From Candidatus Cloacimonadales bacterium (lineage in GTDB: Bacteria; Cloacimonadota; Cloacimonadia; Cloacimonadales; JAFGVF01), in NCBI GenBank assembly GCA_963678315.1, contig OY782781.1, positions 1,344,001-1,408,000 on the forward strand: a DNA stretch of 64,000 nt. Direction: 5' to 3'. The notes under the pieces are model-generated. The model made no database searches. It worked only from the letters and a program-made list of their open reading frames with translations, and was not told the DNA's origin. A program made the translations under genes and the position numbers. Numbering within the stretch: position 1 is the first letter of the stretch; every line of letters begins with the position of its first letter. This document shows, piece by piece, positions 18,536 through 28,533 of the stretch.

Positions 18536-19090
18536 CTTCTTCCTTACTGGCCTCTTTGAAAAAAGTTCGATTTTTCAAGGTGGCAAGTAAGGACGGAGTG
18601 ATGGAGTTAGGAGTTAGGAGTGAGGAGTGAGGAGTGAGGAGTTTTGTGTTTAGTCCCCAAGGGACGTCATATATTAGCATGGGGTCTTGTACCCCATGTA
18701 GTAGTTAAAAAATTAAATAGCCCTGGAAGGGCGACATAAAGGGTATGTCTATCTGCAAATAGGGAGATTTACCACGAAAAACACGAAGAACACGAAAATC
18801 AATCACATTATATAGACTATACATCCATAAAAACCCCGAAGGGGTGACATATACTAAGCATGGGGTCTTGTACCCCATGTAGTAGTTAAAAAATTAAATA
18901 GCCCTGGAAGGGCGACATAAAGGGTATGTCTATCTGCAAATAGGGAGATTTACCACGAAAAACACGAAGAACACGAAAATCAATCACATTATATAGACTA
19001 TACATCCATAAAAACCCTGAAGGAGTGGCATATACTTAGCATGGGCTACTATATCCCATGTATATAAGAATAAAATTAAGCCCTGAAAGC
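18536..19090 (+). repeat. Composite multi-hairpin repeat with a 181-bp tandem duplication
   Basis: agcatggg.. recurs at 18676, 18857 and 19038 (period 181); hairpins CATGGGGT-N5-ACCCCATG, GCCCT-GGA-AGGGC, ACCCC-GAA-GGGGT; GGAGT(T/G)A heptamer run at 18603-18641; ACACGAA triplet. Confidence 0.9.
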
Positions 19091-19165
19091 AACGACTTGC
19101 ACAAAAAAAAAGAGTATTGATTTGCATCAATACTCCATAATTTATAACTAAATACTTAACTAATT

Positions 19166-19630
19166 CTAGTCAGCGTAGAAGAAGATAGGTGCATCATTTT
19201 TACCATTGTTGATATCACCAAAGAAGTTTTCATTCATTTCAATTTCGAATGTTTCACTATTTGCGTATTGAGCAGTGATTTTAACTTTGTTGTCGTCAGT
19301 AACTTTGAATTTAGCGTAGTTGTAAATATAACCACCATAGTTAATAAGTTTAGATTGTGAAAAAACAACAAATGCTTTAGGGTTACCAACAGACATTGGT
19401 GCAAAATATTCCCATACATCAGCTCTCATTCCACCAATAGCGTTAGGTGCTTTTGCTTTAATTTCGTTGTTTGAGATTAATTGGCATTTACCATATTCTG
19501 CTACAACTTTAACATCTCTTCCTTCACGTAAGGCATCCATAATATCATCGAAACTTTTTAACTGTGTTGGTTTTGCAACTAAAACAACTAAAGACATAAT
19601 AAAAACAATCGATATAATAAACTTTTTCAT
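19166..19630 (-). CDS. VirK-family periplasmic protein
   Basis: Signal peptide; L.SFDDIM.AL..G..V.VV..Y..C followed by A.GG, resembling VirK/YbjX-type proteins. Confidence 0.6.
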   Translation of the reverse strand: MKKFIISIVFIMSLVVLVAKPTQLKSFDDIMDALREGRDVKVVAEYGKCQLISNNEIKAKAPNAIGGMRADVWEYFAPMSVGNPKAFVVFSQSKLINYGGYIYNYAKFKVTDDNKVKITAQYANSETFEIEMNENFFGDINNGKNDAPIFFYAD

Positions 19631-19788
19631 TTATTCCTCCAATAGATTAATAAAGCAATAGAATATTAACACTGTTAATATGTCAATAGTTTTGTTGACT
19701 TTGTTTGATTTAGATTAGTAAAACCTGAATAAGATGGTGGAGATTTTAAGTCTTAGTCTTCTATTTTTCTATTACATAAAATAGTAAA

Positions 19789-20193
19789 TTAACTTCCAAA
19801 GATAATATTTATCTCTCTTATTGCACTTTCTTCAGAGTCAGAGGCATGAACAGCATTGTGTGATAAAGAGTCTGCAAATATGGCTCTTATAGTGCCAGCT
19901 TCTCTTTCGTTAGGATCAGTAGCCCCAATCAACTGTCTAAGTTTTGGAACTGCTTCCGAACTGTGATGAAGTTTAAGAGCGAAAGTACTATCAGAAGTCA
20001 TGAAGTCAACCAATCCCTTAAAGAAAGGCTTACCTATGTGTTCTTGGTAGAATTTATTGATAAGAGCTTGGTCGAATTTAAAAACTTTAATTGCTTTAAT
20101 TGTGAAGCCGGCCTTTTCAACCATAGAGATGATTTCTCCTACATTCTTATTTCTAACTGAATTTGGTTTAATGAGCATAAGAGTTTCTTGCAT
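19789..20193 (-). CDS. ndk: Nucleoside diphosphate kinase
   Basis: TLMLIKP, FY.EH.GKPFF, IGATDP...GTIR, NAVHASDS. Confidence 0.96.
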   Translation of the reverse strand: MQETLMLIKPNSVRNKNVGEIISMVEKAGFTIKAIKVFKFDQALINKFYQEHIGKPFFKGLVDFMTSDSTFALKLHHSSEAVPKLRQLIGATDPNEREAGTIRAIFADSLSHNAVHASDSEESAIREINIIFGS

Positions 20194-20278
20194 TGTAGTC
20201 CTCCAATATTAATTCATAAACAATATAATGAGTTTTGGGCAAAAGAAAAGGGCTGATTTCTCAGCCCTTCATAATGTA

Positions 20279-20602
20279 TTATTGTTCTAAAAAGTCCATT
20301 GCTGCGACTTTGATAGAAACATCTCTATCTAAGATTTCAGACATCTTAACTTTATGTTCCAAGACATCTTTCCAAATGTCGAGAACTTCATTTTGCTTAA
20401 ATTCTTTACCAGAGTAATCTTTAAGCATATCTACGTAGAAAGTATCACGATCTTTCTCAATTAAGACGATAATATATTTAAAACCAGTGCTTTTAACATC
20501 ATAGTCTTTATATCTTACATCTATTACACCATACCCTAACTTCAATAAACTATCAAAATTGATATCGAAATTCAGAATTTTTTCTGTCATTTTACCATCC
20601 AT
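20279..20602 (-). CDS. Small protein with DUF4032-like C-terminus
   Basis: W..VLEHK..MSE...RDV....AA.DF pattern. Confidence 0.6.
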   Translation of the reverse strand: MDGKMTEKILNFDINFDSLLKLGYGVIDVRYKDYDVKSTGFKYIIVLIEKDRDTFYVDMLKDYSGKEFKQNEVLDIWKDVLEHKVKMSEILDRDVSIKVAAMDFLEQ

Positions 20603-20611
20603 AATAATTAA

Positions 20612-21973
20612 TTACTCAAGAATCAACCAATCATAATCGATTGTATGGAATGATTTCAAGTAACTTTCTTTCAGTTTTTTATGTTCAACAACTTTAGCAA
20701 CAGCTTCGTCAGCTTGTTCAATTTTACTTAAAGCTGCTAATCTTTTATTAACTTCAGCTTGTAAAGCAATCAACTTTTCCCAATCATTAGTTTTACTTTT
20801 GATTTCAGTTTTAAGTTTTGCTTTACCATTTTTAGCATTGTCATGTTTCATAATATCTGATTCAATACTAGATTCAATAACTGTTACTTTGTTAGCAAGA
20901 AGAGTTTTGAGGTTAGTATAATAATCAATATAAGTATCAACTTCATGTCTTTTATATTTTTCAGCTACGTACATTTCAAATTCTACAAGAGAAGTTTTAG
21001 TTTTTTCACCTAATTCAGGAATAGCTAAATCATATGTGTCAGGTTTCATCAATGCTTTAAATTCATTTTCTACACTGTTAAGAGTTTCTTCTTTTGAAGT
21101 AAGAGTCTCAATGCTTCTATCAAGTAATTTACGACCCAATTCAGAATATTCTTTCTTTTGACCAACAGTATAAATCTCATCTTGCATGTCATAAATGATT
21201 TGTGCACCTTCACTATCTTCACCGAAGTTAGGAGTAGTTGTTGCAACAATCATAGAGTCTGCAGTTAACTGATAATTGAAGAAATTACCTTTAACAAGAT
21301 CAACATCAACAAGATTAATATTGTTGAATGTTTTCATTTGTTTGCTGTTAAGAGTGAACATTCCTTCGCTACTATTTAAACCTTTTACAAGTTGAATAGT
21401 ATCAATAATATCATTAGTGAAAGTTTCTTGAACACCAGGTCTTAAGAATAAATTATAATTATTCTCAACAAGTTGATAATATTCATTGAATTTATCATTT
21501 TGTATATATTCAGCAAGTTCAGGAAGTTTTTCATAATCATAAGATAAAGAAATTAGCTCAACATTTTGCAAATACTGGTCAAACTTTTGTAAATAAGCTC
21601 TTTTAATAAGAGGTCTTACTTGGGTCTTATAGAAAAGGATGAAGTCCTTTTTCTTTGAGATGTTATCAAAGTAGTTAGTAAGGAATCTCTTCTCTAAATT
21701 AACGTACTTGTAGAAGTTATTGGTTTTAATAGCATAGTTTAAATCAGCATTTTGAAAAGCTTCTACATCGCTAACTTTTAAAGTATCGATTGCATAAACT
21801 TGGTCAAATGCTTTTAAAATGCTATTTACATTATCTTTCATTTCTCTAATTTTAGGTTGTACTTTATTAGCTTCACTGAATGGAACTGCAAATACAACAA
21901 TGATACCAACGATCATTACGATCATCAGGTATTCTACTAAAGAAAAGCTATGATCTTTTGTTTCTTTAGCCAT
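20612..21973 (-). CDS. Large type IV pilin/pseudopilin-like protein
   Basis: N-terminal KDHS|FSLVEYLMIVMIVGIIVVFAVP class III signal-like motif (E at +5); GGAGG RBS. Confidence 0.65.
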   Translation of the reverse strand: MAKETKDHSFSLVEYLMIVMIVGIIVVFAVPFSEANKVQPKIREMKDNVNSILKAFDQVYAIDTLKVSDVEAFQNADLNYAIKTNNFYKYVNLEKRFLTNYFDNISKKKDFILFYKTQVRPLIKRAYLQKFDQYLQNVELISLSYDYEKLPELAEYIQNDKFNEYYQLVENNYNLFLRPGVQETFTNDIIDTIQLVKGLNSSEGMFTLNSKQMKTFNNINLVDVDLVKGNFFNYQLTADSMIVATTTPNFGEDSEGAQIIYDMQDEIYTVGQKKEYSELGRKLLDRSIETLTSKEETLNSVENEFKALMKPDTYDLAIPELGEKTKTSLVEFEMYVAEKYKRHEVDTYIDYYTNLKTLLANKVTVIESSIESDIMKHDNAKNGKAKLKTEIKSKTNDWEKLIALQAEVNKRLAALSKIEQADEAVAKVVEHKKLKESYLKSFHTIDYDWLILE

Positions 21974-22184
21974 TTTTCCTCCAAAAGAATTTTCATATTA
22001 ATCAAAATCACCATATACACACATTTTGTCAAAGACTTTTTTGTTCAATAATGAATAAGCAGTTTATTTTAGTAAAAGTATCTACTAACTTGAAATTGAT
22101 TGTCAATTTATTTATGGACAAATATGAAAAAAGATTTTGTTTGTAGCTGAATTATATTTGAAATAATAATGTTTTGGAGTTTAA

Positions 22185-23096
22185 GTGAATTATCAAGAAC
22201 TAATCGAAAGCTGCTATGCTTTTATAAAAGGAATAGAACCAGTAGGTAAGGTCGCTTCATATATACCTGAATTGAGTAAGACCGATCCAAATATGTTTGG
22301 AGTCCATTTGCTAACAACATCAAATGAGAATTTCTACTTAGGTTATAATGAAATAGATTTTTCAGTACAGAGTATTGTAAAAGTGCTTGCCTTAACTTAT
22401 GCTCTTGAGATAGAACAAGAAAATGTGTGGAAGAGAGTTAATATGGAACCTTCAGGCAATCCTTTCAACTCGGTTGTGCAATTAGAGTACGAGTGTGGTG
22501 TTCCTCGTAATCCATTCATTAATGCAGGAGCTATAGTTATTTGTGATATATTGTATAGTCATCTCAACAATCCTGCGAAAGACTTTTTAAAATTCGTTAA
22601 GAAGTTATGTCAGAATAATAATATTTCTTACAATGCTAAGATTGCTAAATCAGAAAAGAAACATGGCTATAGAAACTATGCACTTGCTAACTTCATGAAG
22701 TCATTTGGCAATATTAAGAATGATATTGACGAAGTTATGGATTTTTACTTCTTGATATGCTCATTAGAACTTAGCTGTAAAGATTTAGCCAACTCATTCA
22801 TATTATTTGCAAACAGCGGAAAGCTTTTATCTGGCGAGAGAATAATCTCCAAAAGCAAATCTAAGCGGATAAATGCAATTATGCAGACCTGTGGCTTTTA
22901 CGATGAAGCAGGCTTATTCTCATATCGTGTGGGTTTACCTGGTAAAAGTGGGGTAGGAGGTGGAATTATTGCAGTTCATCCTGGATTATATTCTATTGCA
23001 GTTTGGAGTCCTAGGTTGAATGATAAAGGAAATTCTTATCTTGGACTTAAGTTCTTAGAAGAGTTCACAACTCTTTCAGGTGCTTCAATATTCTAG
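22185..23096 (+). CDS. glsA: Glutaminase
   Basis: GKVASYIPEL, FSVQSIVK, EPSGNPFNS, NPFINAGA, CGFYD, PGKSGVGGG. Confidence 0.96.
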   Translation: MNYQELIESCYAFIKGIEPVGKVASYIPELSKTDPNMFGVHLLTTSNENFYLGYNEIDFSVQSIVKVLALTYALEIEQENVWKRVNMEPSGNPFNSVVQLEYECGVPRNPFINAGAIVICDILYSHLNNPAKDFLKFVKKLCQNNNISYNAKIAKSEKKHGYRNYALANFMKSFGNIKNDIDEVMDFYFLICSLELSCKDLANSFILFANSGKLLSGERIISKSKSKRINAIMQTCGFYDEAGLFSYRVGLPGKSGVGGGIIAVHPGLYSIAVWSPRLNDKGNSYLGLKFLEEFTTLSGASIF

Positions 23097-23168
23097 ATTA
23101 GAGTAAATCATAATTTGTTTATATAAAATAATTAAATATTATATCAAAAAAAGTTAGATGGAGTTAAA

Positions 23169-23747
23169 ATGAAACTAAAATTAATCTTGATTGGTTTAGG
23201 ACTGGTATTGGGGGCAGTATATTTATCTGCATGTTGTGGTTCAACAAAATGTTCAACACCACACCATAAACACAGCTTTTATGAACACAGTGCAACATCA
23301 ATTGATGGTAAAGAAATCTCTATGGAAGAATATAAAGGAAAAGTAGTCTTAGTTGTAAATACAGCAAGTAACTGTGGTTTTACTTCTCAATATGAAGGAT
23401 TACAAGAATTGTATTCTAAGTATAAAGATAAAGGACTAGTAATATTAGGTTTCCCATGCAATCAATTTGCAGGTCAAGAACCTGGAACAAATGAAGAGAT
23501 AGTTCAATTCTGTCAAAAAAACTATGGAGTTGAATTCCCAATGTTTAGTAAAATAGATGTTAATGGAGAATATACACATCCTCTTTATATCTATCTTAAA
23601 GATGAAAAGTCTGGAGTTGGTGGTAAGTCTATCAAATGGAACTTTACAAAGTTTCTAGTTGATAGAGAAGGTCATGTTGTAGAAAGATTTGGTACAGCAA
23701 AGACACCAGAAAGTATAGAAAAGAATATATTAGAACTTCTAAACTAA
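23169..23747 (+). CDS. Cys-type glutathione peroxidase with lipoprotein-like signal
   Basis: [36 protein letters not shown] lipobox. Confidence 0.93.
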   Translation: MKLKLILIGLGLVLGAVYLSACCGSTKCSTPHHKHSFYEHSATSIDGKEISMEEYKGKVVLVVNTASNCGFTSQYEGLQELYSKYKDKGLVILGFPCNQFAGQEPGTNEEIVQFCQKNYGVEFPMFSKIDVNGEYTHPLYIYLKDEKSGVGGKSIKWNFTKFLVDREGHVVERFGTAKTPESIEKNILELLN

Positions 23748-23759
23748 ATGTACATAGAC

Positions 23760-23801
23760 AAAAGCAAGATAGTTTATTGAATACTCTATCTTGCTTTTTT
23801 T
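23760..23801. terminator. Bidirectional terminator
   Basis: aaaagcaagatag-N-ctatcttgctttt between convergent genes. Confidence 0.75.
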
Positions 23802-23839
23802 ATCTATTTGAATTATTCTAAATTTACCTAAAGCCTTAT

Positions 23840-26149
23840 CTAGGTTAAATGCTTATGGATAATTTGTTCAATATCGGACACTCTTACAGGTTTAGTTAAG
23901 AAACCATTCATTCCGCAAATAGTTGCTTTTTCCTTAAATTCATCAAGTACATTTCCAGTAACAGCAATTATTGTTGATTTAATTCCTCTATTTCGAATAA
24001 CTTTTGTTAGTTCGAAGCCTGACATTTCTGGCATTTGAATATCCATAAATATTAAATCATAATCTCTTTTATCTAGTAATTTAAGGCATTCTCGCCAATG
24101 ACTAGCAATATCTGCTCTAAGCTCAAATCTTTCTAGTATTCTACAAAGTACCTTTTGGTTTATTTTGTTATCTTCAACAATGAGTATTTTTGAATTTAAC
24201 TTAACAAATAAATCTTGTATATCAGATGAGCTTTCTTCATTATTTACTTTATTAGATAACTTTTTATGTTTAGAAAGCTTAAATCTAACATCGAAATAGA
24301 AGTGTGAACCAGAATTGTTATTTTTGGGATATGGAGACTGAACAATAATTTCAGAACCCATTAAATGTACTAGTTTTTGGCTAATAGATAAACCTAATCC
24401 TGTTCCTTCAATCTTCTTGGTTAAACTATCATCTACTTGTTCAAAGGCATTAAAAATTGAAGCCAGCTTCTTCTCTGGAACACCAATACCTGTATCAATG
24501 AATGAAAATCTAACTGCAATGGACTTCTTTTCTATTTTACGTGTTTTAACTATAAATTCAACTTTGCCTTCTCTAGTGTATTTTATGCTATTGCCCAAAA
24601 TATTGTAAGTAATTTTTTGCAGTGCACCTTCATCAGCAGTTATATAGATGTTTTTATCCAACTTAAAATCAGTGGTAAACTTGAGTTTTTTATGCTGTGC
24701 TTTAAATCTAAACAACTTACTGATTTTTGAACAGAAGTCGTAAAGGTTGAATTCAGTTTCATGAAGCTTTACCGAATCATTATATAACTTAGAAAAGTCT
24801 AGAAGCTCATTTATTAATTGATATAAAAGGTTTGCAGAAGAAGAGATAGTCTCTGTATATTCTTGCTGGAGTGGAGTTAAATTAGTTTCATTCAACATTT
24901 CACTAATAGATAAAATACCATTAAGTGGTGTTCTAAAGTCATGTGATACGTTGGCTATGAATATATCCTTAGCTTTATTAGCACGTTCACTTTTATCTCT
25001 TTCTATTACTATTTCTTTAGTATAATCTCTTCTTTGTGACTGAGTAGCAAGAAATTCATTAAACCACTTTTGTAGATCACCAATTTCATCATCACTTACG
25101 ACTTTAAAAGGCTCAGGCTCTTTGTCGTCATTATCAATAAAATTCTTATACTTGTCTTTTATAAGTGAAATTGGTTTTAATAATCTTTTGGAAAAAAGAC
25201 TAAACATACCAAAAGATGTTAGGATTAGAATCAAAACATAGCCAAGAGTAAGAAGAAGCATGTCGAAGTGATTTTCTCTAATATATTTCTCATCAACTAT
25301 CACAAGTACTTTGAAGTAATCACTCCTTATATTTGATTCAATAGCTAGTCCATCAAAATCATTACTGTTTATATACTTATTTATGTTGTAAATATTGACT
25401 TGTCTGTTTTCATCTTTGGATTTAGGGTCTAAGTCTGAGTAATTTTTATAGATTATGTTATCATACTTATCTAATACTAAAGTCCTATATTTAGAAATAT
25501 ATCCATTAGAAAAAATATTATTATATCTATCTAATGAAAGCTGGATAATGATTTTTCCCATAAGATAATAGTCTTTCTCATTTTTATCAAAATTATATAC
25601 ATTGGATATTATCGAAAGACAATCTGTCTTGCTGTCTTCAATAGAACGATTTTTCCCTATCCATATCTTTTGATTAATTCCTTTTGTATTGTAAAACTTA
25701 AGATGTTCTTCAGGAATTTCGATATCTCGGACACTAGATCTTGGATTGAAGTAATAACTGTTTCCGTTTAGTGAAACTATACTTATTGACATTAGATTAG
25801 GTAAATTGTAGATTGATGATAGTTTTGTAGATATCTCAGACCTGTGCAACATTGTATTATAGTTGTTTGATGGTTTATCTATTTCTAGTAAAAGAGATTT
25901 TACTTCTTGCGAATTAGAAAATTCGGTAACAAGGTCTTCAATATTTGATAGGTTACAATTTAGATTAGATACCTTCTCGTCAAGTGTTGATTGTACTAAG
26001 TTAGAAAGGTCATTTCTTACTGACTCCTCACTGAAATAAAAGACAGCAATACTTACAATAATTGAAGGAATTATTGCTAGAAGTAAAAAGTATCCAAAAA
26101 ATCTAGTGTATAATTTAGTCTTGAATAGTTTCTTTAGTAATAATTTCAT
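23840..26149 (-). CDS. Hybrid sensor histidine kinase/response regulator (periplasmic sensor, HAMP, HisKA, HATPase, REC)
   Basis: Two TM segments, DEIGDL HAMP, SHDFRTPLNG, NSIKYT, DTGIG, GTGLGL, LIVEDN...FMDIQMPEMSG...KP. Confidence 0.93.
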   Translation of the reverse strand: MKLLLKKLFKTKLYTRFFGYFLLLAIIPSIIVSIAVFYFSEESVRNDLSNLVQSTLDEKVSNLNCNLSNIEDLVTEFSNSQEVKSLLLEIDKPSNNYNTMLHRSEISTKLSSIYNLPNLMSISIVSLNGNSYYFNPRSSVRDIEIPEEHLKFYNTKGINQKIWIGKNRSIEDSKTDCLSIISNVYNFDKNEKDYYLMGKIIIQLSLDRYNNIFSNGYISKYRTLVLDKYDNIIYKNYSDLDPKSKDENRQVNIYNINKYINSNDFDGLAIESNIRSDYFKVLVIVDEKYIRENHFDMLLLTLGYVLILILTSFGMFSLFSKRLLKPISLIKDKYKNFIDNDDKEPEPFKVVSDDEIGDLQKWFNEFLATQSQRRDYTKEIVIERDKSERANKAKDIFIANVSHDFRTPLNGILSISEMLNETNLTPLQQEYTETISSSANLLYQLINELLDFSKLYNDSVKLHETEFNLYDFCSKISKLFRFKAQHKKLKFTTDFKLDKNIYITADEGALQKITYNILGNSIKYTREGKVEFIVKTRKIEKKSIAVRFSFIDTGIGVPEKKLASIFNAFEQVDDSLTKKIEGTGLGLSISQKLVHLMGSEIIVQSPYPKNNNSGSHFYFDVRFKLSKHKKLSNKVNNEESSSDIQDLFVKLNSKILIVEDNKINQKVLCRILERFELRADIASHWRECLKLLDKRDYDLIFMDIQMPEMSGFELTKVIRNRGIKSTIIAVTGNVLDEFKEKATICGMNGFLTKPVRVSDIEQIIHKHLT

Positions 26150-27080
26150 ATTTTACGTTTCTGCTTTTTGCTTCTCGATTTAGGATAAGATTATGTAACT
26201 CTTGCAAGCTTTGGTAACCCATTTGATATTGATTTTGGTAAACTGTAGCTGACATAGGACCATCTCTAAGTAAAGGCTTAATATCATCTATGGCATCAAA
26301 ACCGATAACTTTAACATTATTGATATTGTTTTCTTCGAGATATTCACTTATTCCAAGAGCCATCATGTCATTAGCTGAGATAATTACATCAATTTTAGCA
26401 TAATGATGAAAAATATCATCAATAAGATCTTTAGCTTCTTTTAACATCCAATTTGCGGACTGGCTATGTATTATTTTTACATTACTTAATTCATTACATG
26501 CCCTCAGATAGCCTTGCTTTCTTTCTTTATTGGTATTGCTATTAATAATTCCTTCGATAATTACAACATTTGTGGGTGATTTTATATCTTTTAAGACTGT
26601 CTTTGCAACATCATAAGCTGCTGCTTCATTATCGATTGTAATATAGGCAATATCACAAACATTATATTTTTCACATAATATCTCATCAAATCTGCTATCA
26701 ACACAGACAATCTTGATTCCTTTCTTTTGAGCTTTTCTTATTAAAGGAATTAGGGTGTAAACATCAATAGGGGATACAATAATACCCTCAACTTCTTCAT
26801 TGATAAGCTTCTTAACTGCAATGACTTGTGACGAACTAGCCGTATCAATGTTTCCATATTGAATTAACAGCTCATAATTCATTTTTTCAGCTGCATCACG
26901 AACGCCTTTTTCTAGTTCAATAAAGAAGGGGCTTGTAATTGTTTTTAAAACCAAACCAACTTTTGGAAGTTTTTTGTCTTCAATCAAATCAGCCTTTTTC
27001 TTATTAGGAAGTATAAGAATGAAAATAGTTATAAAAACTAACGTTACAATAGCGACAAATAATAATCTGTTTTTTTTCAT
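26115..27080 (-). CDS. RbsB-like periplasmic sugar-binding protein
   Basis: LKTITSPFF, GIIVSP, DN, ER..GY, ANW, ANDMMALG, IGFDA. Confidence 0.88.
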   Translation of the reverse strand: MKKNRLLFVAIVTLVFITIFILILPNKKKADLIEDKKLPKVGLVLKTITSPFFIELEKGVRDAAEKMNYELLIQYGNIDTASSSQVIAVKKLINEEVEGIIVSPIDVYTLIPLIRKAQKKGIKIVCVDSRFDEILCEKYNVCDIAYITIDNEAAAYDVAKTVLKDIKSPTNVVIIEGIINSNTNKERKQGYLRACNELSNVKIIHSQSANWMLKEAKDLIDDIFHHYAKIDVIISANDMMALGISEYLEENNINNVKVIGFDAIDDIKPLLRDGPMSATVYQNQYQMGYQSLQELHNLILNREAKSRNVKYEIITKETIQD

Positions 27081-27327
27081 TCATAACTCCTATTCTTTAA
27101 CTCTTTACAAATTTATACATGATTGACAAAGCTTGTCAAACAAAAAAATAAAAAAGTTCCCTTTATATGTCTAATCTCATGAAATAGTAAAATTCTTTAT
27201 AATAATTAGTTAAGTTAATAGAATGACCATCAGTATAAATTTATTACAAAACAAAGTAAGAAAACTATTGACAGAATAACAGGATTGTTTAAAAAAGTAC
27301 TACCTTTAAGGATAAGTAAGCCAAGCT

Positions 27328-27404
27328 GGGGGTGTAGTTCAGTTGGTTAGAACGTCTGCCTGTCACGCAGAAGGTCGCGAGTTCGAGTCCCGTCACTCCC
27401 GCCA
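27328..27404 (+). tRNA. tRNA-Asp(GTC)
   Basis: Cloverleaf: GGGGGTG/CACTCCC acceptor, TCTGC-CT-GTC-AC-GCAGA anticodon arm, GTTCGA T-loop, encoded CCA; TTGACA at 27268. Confidence 0.97.
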
Positions 27405-27519
27405 GTTTATTTATCCTTAGAGGTTTTTTTTATGCATTTTTTTTTCAACATTTTAAGCCGAACTAAGGCAGAGTATTCCCAGTAAATCCATTTTCTTTCC
27501 AGAGGTAATTAATTTAAAC

Positions 27520-27870
27520 GAACGGCTGTTTGTCTCTACAATAACTCCTCATGCTACACGCTTTTAGGCGTATGCCATACGCCCCTACAAGTCCACTCCT
27601 CACTTTCACTCCTAACTGCCTATGTGCTCTTGCCCCACCTGCATAAAAAGGCAATTTAATGCAGGAGGCTAGTGGGAATAAGTTAAACCCAAATAAAGCA
27701 CTAGGATTTAAAAAATAGCACTATATTATTCCTGTGAGGGCGTAGCTTTAGCGAAGACTCATGGCAAGAATAACTTCCATAATCTCAACTAGAATATATA
27801 TTATTCAAGCTTCGATTCTGTAAGATATTTTGCTGAAAGACCGTGTCCGGCTTAGACGGAATCTGCACTA
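27520..27870. repeat. Mixed cluster of REP-like palindromes
   Basis: GGCGTATG-C-CATACGCC-CCTAC (GTAG-type on the minus strand); CCTGCAT..ATGCAGG hairpin shared with 41480-41520; gtagctttagcgaagac; micro-cassette at 27839-27860. Confidence 0.7.
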
Positions 27871-27926
27871 TTTTCATAAAGCCTAATGCATCATCTAGGT
27901 TGAATTTTTAAGATGTTGGTAAATAT

Positions 27927-28364
27927 TTAGAGGGTCTTTTTCTCTTCAAAAACTAGAAGGGTTTCTGTTTTATTGATATATTTAAAAGAGGTTAAATGTT
28001 CAATCAAGAATTGCTGTAGTTCTTTATTATCTTTGGTATAAACTTTTATCATATAATCGTATTGACCTGAAATATGATAGAGCTCGGTTACTTGAGGAAG
28101 TTGAATTACATGAGTTATAAAGTTATCGATTATTTCTCTGTTATGTTTTGATAATGATATCTGAATTAATGCTGTAGTAGTAAAGCCTAGTTCATTGTAG
28201 TTTAGGTTTGCAGAATAGCCTGTAATAATATTCTTGTCCTCTAATTTCTTTACCCTTTCTAAGGTTGAAGAAGGGGTTAACCCAATCAACTCAGACAACT
28301 TTTTGTTACTTATTCTTCCATTATTCTTTAGAATTTCAATAATCTTTAAATCTATATTATCCAT
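27927..28364 (-). CDS. Lrp/AsnC family transcriptional regulator
   Basis: MDNIDLKII..L..NGRIS..LS..IGL...ST.ERVKKLE..II.GY; HISGQYDY; AAGGAG RBS before ATG 28364. Confidence 0.93.
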   Translation of the reverse strand: MDNIDLKIIEILKNNGRISNKKLSELIGLTPSSTLERVKKLEDKNIITGYSANLNYNELGFTTTALIQISLSKHNREIIDNFITHVIQLPQVTELYHISGQYDYMIKVYTKDNKELQQFLIEHLTSFKYINKTETLLVFEEKKTL

Positions 28365-28533
28365 TAAAATCTCCTTTTGTCCGTATATAATTCCTAGCAT
28401 TAGAAAATATGTCAAATAATATTTGCCAAATAATTTTAAATATAATATTTTGTTCGGGTATTAAGTTACCGAAGAAAGTAATAACAAATACTTATAAAAA
28501 CCTATAAAATATATTAGATTCAAAGGAGTCAAT

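Noticed and set aside
23169..23747. Selenocysteine-containing peroxidase
   Set aside because: The active-site codon is TGT (Cys) and there is no in-frame TGA
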